From the IMG/VR virus record IMGVR_UViG_3300024262_000013: a DNA stretch of 64,000 nt, one strand, 5' to 3'. This document shows, in pieces, positions 28,920 through 37,579 of the stretch. Positions within the stretch are counted from its first letter, which is position 1, and each line of letters begins with the position of its first letter. Origin of the DNA: a virus. Lineage: Duplodnaviria; Caudoviricetes. The notes beneath the pieces are model-generated. The model was not told the origin of the DNA, made no database searches, and worked only from the letters and a program-made list of their open reading frames with translations. Position numbers and translations under genes: made by a program.

Positions 28920-30101
28920 ATGAAAAAAATAGACTTATTCAGGGTATTCATGGCCCCAACTGCGGCCGAAGAGGTAACTAAAGTAATCAATAGCGGTTAT
29001 ATCGGTCAAGGACCTAAAGTAAATGAATTAGAAGAGATGATGAAGACACACTTCAATCATGATTACGTATCAACGGTTAATGCCGGAACATCTGCTCTTC
29101 ACTTAGCCTTACATTTATTAAAAAAACCATCAACAAATCAAGTAGTTTATGAAGGAGTTATTGGTTACGATTCAAAATGGCCAGGACTAGAAGACGGTGA
29201 TGAAGTTTTAGCTACACCATTAACTTGTACCGCGTCTAATTGGCCTGTATTGGCAAATAATTTAAAGATTAAATGGGTGGATATTGACCCTGAAACTTTA
29301 AATATGGATTTGGATGATTTAGCAAGAAAAATAACTCCAAAAACTAAAGTTATAATGTTAGTTCATTGGGGCGGATATCCAAACGACTTAGACAAAATAA
29401 AAGAAATTCAAGAAAAGGCTCAACGTATGTACGGATTTAAACCCGCGGTAATTGAAGACGGAGCACACTCTTTTGGTTCAACATATAAAGGAAAAAATAT
29501 AGGTACTCACGGTAACTTAACGATGTTTTCATTACAAGCTATCAAACATATAACATCCATTGATGGGGGATTATTACTTTCACCACATAAAAAGTTAAAT
29601 GATAGAGCGAGATTAATAAGGTGGTATGGTATCGATAGAGATGGTGATAGAAAAGATTTTAGATGTGAGGCAGATATTGAAGAATGGGGGTATAAATTTC
29701 ACATGAACGATGTTTGCGCAACAGTAGGTATTGAAAATTTAAAACATGCTGATGAGATAATTGAGAAACATAAATCAAACGCTAAATTTTATGATGAAAA
29801 TCTTAAAGATATTAAAGGTCTTACATTATTAAAAAGAGAGGATGGATTTGATTCATCTTTTTGGATATATTCAGTACTTGTCGATAACAAAGACTTATTT
29901 TATAAACATATGGGTAATCACGGAATTGCGGTTTCTCAAGTACACGAAAGAAATGACAAACATACCTGTGTTAGAGAGTTTGTATGTAATTTACCTAACT
30001 TAGATAAAACCATTGGTAAAATGGTATCAATACCTGTTGGTTGGTGGGTAACGACTGAAGATAGACAGTACATTGTTGATACTATTAAAAAGGGATGGTA
30101 A
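28920..30101 (+). CDS. DegT/DnrJ/EryC1/StrS PLP-dependent sugar aminotransferase
   Basis: GYIGQGP, NAGTSALHLA, VHWGG, IEDGAH and FSLQAIKH (PLP lysine) followed by DGG. Confidence 0.93.
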   Translation: MKKIDLFRVFMAPTAAEEVTKVINSGYIGQGPKVNELEEMMKTHFNHDYVSTVNAGTSALHLALHLLKKPSTNQVVYEGVIGYDSKWPGLEDGDEVLATPLTCTASNWPVLANNLKIKWVDIDPETLNMDLDDLARKITPKTKVIMLVHWGGYPNDLDKIKEIQEKAQRMYGFKPAVIEDGAHSFGSTYKGKNIGTHGNLTMFSLQAIKHITSIDGGLLLSPHKKLNDRARLIRWYGIDRDGDRKDFRCEADIEEWGYKFHMNDVCATVGIENLKHADEIIEKHKSNAKFYDENLKDIKGLTLLKREDGFDSSFWIYSVLVDNKDLFYKHMGNHGIAVSQVHERNDKHTCVREFVCNLPNLDKTIGKMVSIPVGWWVTTEDRQYIVDTIKKGW

Positions 30102-31229
30102 ATGATATTAAGAAAGTTAACTGTAGATGATTTATCTTTTTTATTAGAAGTTAGGAATGATGAGTCAACTAGAAAATTTTTAGAAAATGATTCAGTATTT
30201 ACATATGACGACTGTAAATCATGGTTTGAGTCTAATAATCCTTTATGGTTTATAATAGAGATTGATGAAGAATCTGTTGGTTATATTAGAACTAATGGTG
30301 ATGAGGTTGGGTGCGATATACACCCTGATTTTCGTAAAAAAGGATATGCCAGACAAGCATATAACTTATATTTAGAAAATAAAAAATATGCGACTTTATG
30401 GGTTTTTGAAAACAATTTCGCTAAAAAATTATATGAGTCATTAGGATTTATAGAGGTAGTGGGTGAAGTTAAAACAATAAGGAATAATAACTATATTAAA
30501 ATGGTTTATAATAAACCTATATTAGATGCGGACCTTAAGGTCGTACAAAATGTTAATTATATTATATCTTTTTATAATGGTCCACGAAGATGTTATGGTA
30601 GTTATAGAGGTATTGAATTCGCAACTAAACATATAGAATTTTTAAATAATAATTTACCTAATATTGGATTAGTATCGTTTGTTATACAAGAAAGTAAAAC
30701 CTCATTGGATGAAGAATTAATTGAATTTATTAATTCTTCAGATATAAAATTTAATTATGAAATAATTTTAAGAGAGAATGAAGGGTTGAGTTATGGGGGG
30801 TTTTCACACGTTATGAGAAAAAACCATACAAAGTATGGTTGGAGTTTTATTATTGAAGATGACTATATACCTATTTTAAAAGATTTTTTAAAATATTTTT
30901 GGGGTGAATTTAAACAAGATATAATTTATGTCTGTTCATTTTATCAAAACCGATACGCATCTATATCTACAGGTATGATATCCAATAATTTAATGAGAGG
31001 TAATATTAATGTACTTAAAGAATATGTAGGTAATGGATATTACGGTAGTGGTGGAGATTGTCAAATTCATTTTATGACGGAATTTTATAAATTAGGATTT
31101 TGTTTTGCAGATATAACTAAGGTCGCTTATACCTTGTTTTTACATTGTCATGGGGGGAACGACCCTATTCATATAAGATATCCAAAACATAGCCGAGTCT
31201 TATTACCATTAATAATTAAACCCATATAA
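30102..31229 (+). CDS. PseH-like GNAT N-acetyltransferase fused to a GT-A-like domain
   Basis: N-terminus LRKLTVDDLSFLLEVRN and FRKKGYA (acetyl-CoA motif); C-domain from about 30552 has RENEGLSYGG and IIEDDYIP. Confidence 0.8.
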   Translation: MILRKLTVDDLSFLLEVRNDESTRKFLENDSVFTYDDCKSWFESNNPLWFIIEIDEESVGYIRTNGDEVGCDIHPDFRKKGYARQAYNLYLENKKYATLWVFENNFAKKLYESLGFIEVVGEVKTIRNNNYIKMVYNKPILDADLKVVQNVNYIISFYNGPRRCYGSYRGIEFATKHIEFLNNNLPNIGLVSFVIQESKTSLDEELIEFINSSDIKFNYEIILRENEGLSYGGFSHVMRKNHTKYGWSFIIEDDYIPILKDFLKYFWGEFKQDIIYVCSFYQNRYASISTGMISNNLMRGNINVLKEYVGNGYYGSGGDCQIHFMTEFYKLGFCFADITKVAYTLFLHCHGGNDPIHIRYPKHSRVLLPLIIKPI

Positions 31230-31242
31230 AAGAATTAAATGT

Positions 31243-31917
31243 ATGGAACATAGAAAAGAAAAAATTAATCAAATTTTTATAGGGGGGTTTGGGGGTACTG
31301 GAAGTCGAGTAGTCTCCGAAATATTTGAAGGTTTTGGTTATTATGTTGGGAGAGAAATTGGTGGTGACTCATTAGACTTCGGTAAAGGAAGATTTGTTCA
31401 ATTTTTTGATTTGTGTTGGGGTAGAAAAGAATTTTCCTACCTTTTTAACTTTATTAATGGACGCTTAAAATTCACTAAAAATTCTAATAAATTTGCAATT
31501 AAACATGGTCATTTTATGTTTATAAATGATGAATTAAAAAAAGAGTACCCGAACTGCAAAACTGTATATGTTATGAGACATCCAATAGATATGGCGGTTA
31601 AAGATAAGTATATACCACATGTAAAGTATGGAAAGTTAATAGACCGTTATGATTTGAGGGGACATCTTTTAAGCGATAGTTTAGATGGTAAAATAAAATA
31701 TTATATAAGACAGTCGATTAAATCATGTAAAGAGGCAGATTTAGTCATAAAGTATGAGGACCTTTGTTTTGACTTAGAAAACCAATTAAAAATAATAAGA
31801 GAGTTTATTGGTGACCCTAATTTAAAGTTACCGGAAATTGTTATAAAACCATCAAAATCAATAGGTACGCAAGTACAATTGTATGATAATTATGATGTGT
31901 CAATGTTAGGTTACTAA
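31243..31917 (+). CDS. sulfotransferase-like protein (P-loop fold)
   Basis: IFIGGFGGTGSR, YVMRHPID and IKYEDL match the 5'-PSB, 3'-PB and YEDL patterns of sulfotransferases. Confidence 0.65.
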   Translation: MEHRKEKINQIFIGGFGGTGSRVVSEIFEGFGYYVGREIGGDSLDFGKGRFVQFFDLCWGRKEFSYLFNFINGRLKFTKNSNKFAIKHGHFMFINDELKKEYPNCKTVYVMRHPIDMAVKDKYIPHVKYGKLIDRYDLRGHLLSDSLDGKIKYYIRQSIKSCKEADLVIKYEDLCFDLENQLKIIREFIGDPNLKLPEIVIKPSKSIGTQVQLYDNYDVSMLGY

Positions 31918-31938
31918 ATTAAAGTATAAAAAAGAAAA

Positions 31939-32607
31939 ATGGTAAATTATATTGTTGCGGTTTATGCCGGTAAAAGGAGGGGTTATTTGGGACATTTACC
32001 AATTAATGAGTTTTTAGAGAAACATTTTAATTTTTTAGAAAAAAAACCTAACCATATTAGTGGATTTACATTTATAATAAATAAATCAGAAAATGATGAA
32101 GAATGTATAAAAAATATAAATAACTTTATAGAAAAATCTAATCTTACAGGTAAACTGATAGTTCGTGAAAACTTACATGGTTCTTACGGAGCATGGGAAA
32201 GGGGTGTATTAGATACTTATACCGATTATCTTTATTCTTTTTTAATTGAAGATGATTATATTCCAAGCAGGGTAGATTTTCTTGATTTTTTTATAAATAA
32301 AATTAAAACTAATTGTTATGGTTATGTCTCGTCTTTTTGGAAAAATAATCACGCTTCCATATCTAATGGTTTATTAGACAACGGTATAGTAAAACCAACT
32401 TTTGATAAACACAATAAGTTATTTCAGTTACAAAAAGATAAAATGTATGGTGGTTTTCTGACGTGTCAACTGACCTTTCTAAATTTATTAGATAGTGAGT
32501 TTACAGATATTACAGATGTCGGACATACTATTTATCGAGCGTCGAGTAAAAAGATACTATACTATGTAAATACAGATTTGCCGTTATTAATAGAGCCAAA
32601 TGCATAA
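31939..32607 (+). CDS. GT-A-like protein, paralogue of the C-domain of 30102..31229
   Basis: Shares VNYI..Y.G.RR, REN..SYG and F(L/I)IEDDYIP with that domain. Confidence 0.65.
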   Translation: MVNYIVAVYAGKRRGYLGHLPINEFLEKHFNFLEKKPNHISGFTFIINKSENDEECIKNINNFIEKSNLTGKLIVRENLHGSYGAWERGVLDTYTDYLYSFLIEDDYIPSRVDFLDFFINKIKTNCYGYVSSFWKNNHASISNGLLDNGIVKPTFDKHNKLFQLQKDKMYGGFLTCQLTFLNLLDSEFTDITDVGHTIYRASSKKILYYVNTDLPLLIEPNA

Positions 32608-32627
32608 ATAAAATTATAAATACTGAA

Positions 32628-33308
32628 ATGAAAAATATTAAAAATAATCCAATAGATTATTACATAGAAAAAATAAATAATAAAGATAATTTCTCATTTA
32701 CTCGATGGGGTGATGGGGAATGGTTTTGTTCAATGGGTGTGCCAGGTCAAAATTGTGATGGTCATAAATATTTTCCTGAAATGAGGAAATCACTCAATAC
32801 CGCGTTAAATAACGATAAAGGATATTATAAAGCGATATGGAACTTAGACCATGGTCAAATAAAAAATATACTTCATATGTTATTACCATTTATAAAAAGT
32901 AATAATATTGACCTTAAATGGGTTAATGCGGGAATATGGGAAGATGCCGCATTAAGTGGTCAGTTAAGTCCATTAGTTAAATCCTTAGAAAGTAGAAATT
33001 TTGTTATTGTGTCAAGTGATAAGTTAAAGAAAATAGATATTAAATATACTGATTTTGTTAGTGTACCTCCAGTTAATTGTTTTTTAGATAAAGAAAGAAT
33101 TAAAAACGATATGATAAAAATGACAGAAAAATACGATGATGTAGTCTTTGGGTTATCATCCTCTATGGCTACTAACGTCATTGTAGATGAACTTTATGAC
33201 TTAATTGGGGATAAGTGTACTATGATTGATTTTGGTTCAATATGGGACCCCTTTGTAGGTCATATGGGTAGGAAATATCATAAAGAATATAAAAAAACAA
33301 ATTTATGA
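32628..33308 (+). CDS. GT-D-fold-like glycosyltransferase
   Basis: FSFTRWGDGE N-terminal motif and IDFGSIWD C-terminal motif. Confidence 0.6.
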   Translation: MKNIKNNPIDYYIEKINNKDNFSFTRWGDGEWFCSMGVPGQNCDGHKYFPEMRKSLNTALNNDKGYYKAIWNLDHGQIKNILHMLLPFIKSNNIDLKWVNAGIWEDAALSGQLSPLVKSLESRNFVIVSSDKLKKIDIKYTDFVSVPPVNCFLDKERIKNDMIKMTEKYDDVVFGLSSSMATNVIVDELYDLIGDKCTMIDFGSIWDPFVGHMGRKYHKEYKKTNL

Positions 33309-34012
33309 TAAATTGTAACCCCTATGGTGGTATTTCTAATAGGATGAAATGTATTATATCCTCTATAGTAAAACATGGAGGTATAAATCTTAGATGGGAT
33401 GTACCTAAAAGTGGTGGTGGGGTTAGATGTAAGTTTAATGATTTATATAAAAATATTTATAATGGTAATGCCATAGGTAGTGTATCTGACTGCAAATTTA
33501 TTCATCCTCAAATGAATACACATAATGAAGGAGGTAAAGATAAGTTACCTATTGACCTTAAAAAAAGATATATTGAAGTTATCAAAACTTTAGAACCTAT
33601 CGATTATATTTCAAATAAAATTAAAGAAGAGAAAGAAAAGTTAGGTGAATATTGTGCAGTTAGCGTTAGAACTTTTAGAAGTTTTCCTGCAGAATATAAC
33701 TCATGGGGTAGACATTTTAAAATAGATAACCTTTTTAGGGTAATGGATGAAATTGAAAGTAAAATTTTATTAACCTGTGATGATACTGAGACAACAAATT
33801 TAATTAAACAAAGATATGATGTTTACACTACGCCTAAAAGAACCAAATTTGGAGATTTTACTACTGTGGAAGGTATGCAAGATATATTAATAGACCAATA
33901 CTTAGGTAGTTTATCAACAGATATTTATGGTACGAATATGAGTAGTTTTTCTGAAATGCAGTGGTGGTTAGGACAATGTAAACCTAATTATCATGAAATG
34001 AAATTACATTAG
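33305..34012 (+). CDS. fucosyltransferase-like GT-B protein (NodZ/GT23/POFUT-type motifs)
   Basis: GGISNRM, AVSVRT, LLTCDD and DQYL...YGTNMSSFS correspond to conserved fucosyltransferase motifs. Confidence 0.65.
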   Translation: MINCNPYGGISNRMKCIISSIVKHGGINLRWDVPKSGGGVRCKFNDLYKNIYNGNAIGSVSDCKFIHPQMNTHNEGGKDKLPIDLKKRYIEVIKTLEPIDYISNKIKEEKEKLGEYCAVSVRTFRSFPAEYNSWGRHFKIDNLFRVMDEIESKILLTCDDTETTNLIKQRYDVYTTPKRTKFGDFTTVEGMQDILIDQYLGSLSTDIYGTNMSSFSEMQWWLGQCKPNYHEMKLH

Positions 34013-34021
34013 TAATAAGTA

Positions 34022-34867
34022 CTATCTTCTTGATGGGTGTAACCACATATTTTTTGAGTCATTAAGTAATTTCTCGTAGTCGTTATAACCATACACTTTT
34101 GAACCAGATAATTTTTCCAACCATGAACCTGTTTTCCAAACTCCCCTATCTTTAGACATACAATTAGGGCAATTATAGATAAAAACATCACCACCAAAAT
34201 AGGAGGGTATAACTGCATCACCCGCAGCTGTTATATGATGTAATGAATTAGATAATATCATAAATTGAACTTCATTATAATTTTTATCAGTTTGAGATAA
34301 TAGTGTCTCAATATCAATTACCGAAGGGTATTTTTTTAAAACCTCTTTATCCCCAATATCTACTGTGGTTTGTCCGTTATCTCTTTGTAGTTTGAACTTA
34401 TCAGGATTATCGGGTGGTCTTATATAAACGATTTGATAATCTTTTTCAAAGGATTTAATTATTTTTTCTAATATTTCACTATTGAAATAATTATGAGGAT
34501 GAGTCATCCATTCTTTAGTGTTTTTATTATTTATAGTTAATATTGGTTTTGTGTAAGTATACTCGTCATTTTTATAAAATTCTTTGAATGGCGGTGGAGA
34601 CCAATTATCATTAACAAATTTAGGTCCTTGAATATTATAACAGGCGGTATTATGTTCTTCTGTTAAAATTTTAGCTAAAATTGGTGGGTCAAAATGTTTA
34701 TTTTCTTCTTTATGGTTTGGGGAAAAATAAAATACCGGTTTAGTACCAATTTTACTTGAAGTCGATTTTAATTTTCCCTCTAAATATTGATGATATGCCA
34801 CAGGTGCGTAATACCATAAAATATAACCAAACTCATCAAACGCTTCTATATTAGGATTATTTTTCAC
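34022..34867 (-). CDS. hypothetical glycan-locus protein (possibly GT-B-like)
   Basis: Clean ORF with EFGYILW and IVYIRP; context among glycosyltransferases. Confidence 0.6.
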   Translation of the reverse strand: MKNNPNIEAFDEFGYILWYYAPVAYHQYLEGKLKSTSSKIGTKPVFYFSPNHKEENKHFDPPILAKILTEEHNTACYNIQGPKFVNDNWSPPPFKEFYKNDEYTYTKPILTINNKNTKEWMTHPHNYFNSEILEKIIKSFEKDYQIVYIRPPDNPDKFKLQRDNGQTTVDIGDKEVLKKYPSVIDIETLLSQTDKNYNEVQFMILSNSLHHITAAGDAVIPSYFGGDVFIYNCPNCMSKDRGVWKTGSWLEKLSGSKVYGYNDYEKLLNDSKNMWLHPSRR

Positions 34868-36263
34868 TATATTGTTTTATTTTTCTTTTGTTATGTCTTT
34901 CTAAAACTGTTTTATGTAATTCTCCCATATTTTGTCTAGCTGAAGTGGAGACTGAACCTTTACCTTCACTTTCATGGTGGTAATAAATAAATAATCCTTT
35001 AGGTATTCTTTTACCAATAAAACCAGCGTCCATCATTTGTACCCATAAATCATAATCAACCCAACCTTTCATTTCAGTATTATACCCTTCTATTGATTCA
35101 TATGCTTCACGAGAATACATAGAACTGTTAACAATAAATGGTCCTTGTAAGAGTCTTTCTTTTGACCACTCAGGTCTTTTTTCTAATCCTTGCATTTCCC
35201 CAACGTGTACAGTATCACAATATACGGGACTTATCTTAGGATTTTTCTTTATAATATTAACTCCTGTTTTAAGATAACCCGGATGAATCATATCATCAGC
35301 ATCTAAAGGTAGTATGTATTCACCTTTACCTTCTCTAACCGCCACATTTCGCGTATCGGAAACTCCCGTATTTTCTTTATGTATAATTCGTACACCTTCC
35401 TGTCCTTCTAATGAATCTAATTTCATTAAACAGTATTGGTCATCTGAACCATCATTAACTAAAGTAATTTCAAAATTAGTATAATCTTGATTATAAACTG
35501 ATTGTAAAGTAGGGTTTAATCTTTTGGCGTAATTATAAATTGGCATCGCTAATGTAACTAATGGTTCACCTTTCTTTATTGGTTTTTTATTAAATTTAGT
35601 TGGTAAAAGTATTGGTAATTTATCTTCGTACATACTTAAGAATTTTAACCTATTATTTTCCCATTTATCGTTCGTTTGACCTATTGATAAGTGAGTAATT
35701 CTCACATCATAAAATACCCCAATTTTAACTCCACTAATAAAATTTTTAAAACTAAATCCTAAATCATAGAAATGAAACCCATCAAAAGATTCGTCAAATT
35801 TATGTTTTATCTTAGTTTTGTCTAACGCAATAAAAAGACCGTCAACTATAACGGTATCGTCTAATTTACTACCTTTTGATTCACTATATTGATTAGTCCA
35901 TTTTTTTTCATCTTGTTGGTGATTAACGATACCTAACATCTCTTCCGTTATTTCCCACCACCTTGCAGATTTAGGAAAAAATTTAGTGCCCGCAACCCCT
36001 AAAATTCCATATTCAGGATTTCTTTTAAAGTGCTTTAATACTTTGTTACCCCAATTCTTTTTTTCAAAATATAAATCATCATGGCATAGTACGACAATGT
36101 CATTATTCGCTTTTTCTAAAATTATGTTATATACTTCACTTAAGGAGTGTGTGCCTGGATTTTCAAAAGGAATTACTTCCACTTTATGAACACCGCAAGA
36201 CTTTTCAATATAATCTCTAAATTCGGGGTTAATTTTTTTTGTACTATATCCTATTGTTATCAT
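34857..36263 (-). CDS. bifunctional glycosyltransferase with two GT-A domains
   Basis: N-domain has LCHDDL, VDGLFIA and FHFYDL; C-domain has LVNDGSDD, GVSDTRN and LPLDADD. Confidence 0.88.
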   Translation of the reverse strand: MITIGYSTKKINPEFRDYIEKSCGVHKVEVIPFENPGTHSLSEVYNIILEKANNDIVVLCHDDLYFEKKNWGNKVLKHFKRNPEYGILGVAGTKFFPKSARWWEITEEMLGIVNHQQDEKKWTNQYSESKGSKLDDTVIVDGLFIALDKTKIKHKFDESFDGFHFYDLGFSFKNFISGVKIGVFYDVRITHLSIGQTNDKWENNRLKFLSMYEDKLPILLPTKFNKKPIKKGEPLVTLAMPIYNYAKRLNPTLQSVYNQDYTNFEITLVNDGSDDQYCLMKLDSLEGQEGVRIIHKENTGVSDTRNVAVREGKGEYILPLDADDMIHPGYLKTGVNIIKKNPKISPVYCDTVHVGEMQGLEKRPEWSKERLLQGPFIVNSSMYSREAYESIEGYNTEMKGWVDYDLWVQMMDAGFIGKRIPKGLFIYYHHESEGKGSVSTSARQNMGELHKTVLERHNKRKIKQYSEK

Positions 36264-36274
36264 TAAAATCTACA

Positions 36275-36874
36275 TTAATTTCCTGTCGAACCAAAACCAT
36301 TTTCATTACGGTCTTTATTTTCGATATCTTTAACTCTTTTTAGAGTAACATCTCTACCTTGTATAACAGGACAAATCACTGCTTGAGCGATTTTATCGCC
36401 AAACTCAATAGTCTGAGAGTTAGGACTAAGATTAATTAATATCACTTTAATTTCTCCCGTGTACCCCTCATCAACAGTTCCTGGTGTGTTAAGAACAGTT
36501 AAACCTTTATTTAAAGCTAATCCACTTTTAGGTCTTATTTGTATCTCACACCTTTTAGGTACATTAATATGTAATCCTGTTGATACTAACTTTCTATCAA
36601 AGGGTTCTAACTTTACCTTTTCATTTGCTCTTAAATCAAATCCTGAATCACTACCATAGTGGTATTTAGGTTCGGGATTAATTGATTTGTATGTGTATTC
36701 GACTTGTGTTGATTCAAATTCAGTAGGAGAGAACGATTTTTCTAATTCATCGTAATCAATACCAAAAGACTCCATCATCGCCTTAGGGTCTGTCATATCC
36801 ACATCACTAAGTTGTTTTTGAATGTCTTTTAATTTGGACATATCATTTTTTAATTCGTTAAATTTCTTAAACAT
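36275..36874 (-). CDS. dut: trimeric dUTPase with an N-terminal extension of about 55 aa
   Basis: SGFDL, RPKSGLA, GTVDEGYTGEI, IAQAV and RNENGFGSTG motifs. Confidence 0.95.
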   Translation of the reverse strand: MFKKFNELKNDMSKLKDIQKQLSDVDMTDPKAMMESFGIDYDELEKSFSPTEFESTQVEYTYKSINPEPKYHYGSDSGFDLRANEKVKLEPFDRKLVSTGLHINVPKRCEIQIRPKSGLALNKGLTVLNTPGTVDEGYTGEIKVILINLSPNSQTIEFGDKIAQAVICPVIQGRDVTLKRVKDIENKDRNENGFGSTGN

Positions 36875-36877
36875 ATC

Positions 36878-37579
36878 TTATTTTAAATTATAAATTTTTC
36901 TAATTAATTTTACTAACACATTAACATCTTTTTCACAGTAATCTGATATCGGCAATAAACCATTAGAATTCCAATATGTGTCATGAACTAAATTACCGGT
37001 AATTTCACCTGTTTTAGGACTTTCAATACCCATAGAAATACACATTAAATCTAATGATGATATACCAAAATTATTACCGAATTGCCATATATCTTTAGTA
37101 TCTAAAGCTTTAACCTCCCAAGGTTTAGTCTCATATGAAGGTAATAATTTAGGTGGTAATATACCATTGGTTAAAAATCTTTTACCTAACGTAGGTATAT
37201 CAAAAAACTTAATATTATGACCACATAGGTAAAAATCTAATTTATCTACTTTATTTAATAAATCTCTAACTTTAAGTAATAATTCCTTTTCATCGTCTTC
37301 GGCGAATGTTTGAGTATGAACGTCATCGTTTGGGGTAATAAATGAAAATGACGCAACAATTATTTTAGAGAACTCAGCAACTAATGCTGCTTTATTAATA
37401 AAAATTTCTTCAGGAGTTTTCCCTTCTTGGTCAGGATATTTCCTAATAAACCAATCTAAGTAACTTTCAAAAAGTCTGGCTAATTCTGGTCTATTTTTCT
37501 TTAGTGTTGGTAAATCTTTCTCGACTCCGACAGTTTCTAAGTCAAAAAATAAAAGTTTGTTTAATGGTAAGTCTATCAT
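36878..37579 (-). CDS. stand-alone PolB-related DnaQ-like 3'-5' exonuclease
   Basis: FFDLETV, GHNIKFFDIP and YCEKDV are Exo I, II and III motifs. Confidence 0.85.
   Translation of the reverse strand: MIDLPLNKLLFFDLETVGVEKDLPTLKKNRPELARLFESYLDWFIRKYPDQEGKTPEEIFINKAALVAEFSKIIVASFSFITPNDDVHTQTFAEDDEKELLLKVRDLLNKVDKLDFYLCGHNIKFFDIPTLGKRFLTNGILPPKLLPSYETKPWEVKALDTKDIWQFGNNFGISSLDLMCISMGIESPKTGEITGNLVHDTYWNSNGLLPISDYCEKDVNVLVKLIRKIYNLK

Noticed and set aside
34009-34221. Alternative-frame ORF overlapping the end of 34022..34867 as a possible frameshift extension
   Set aside because: The main ORF ends cleanly, no slippery sequence was evident, and the alternative peptide looks non-coding.
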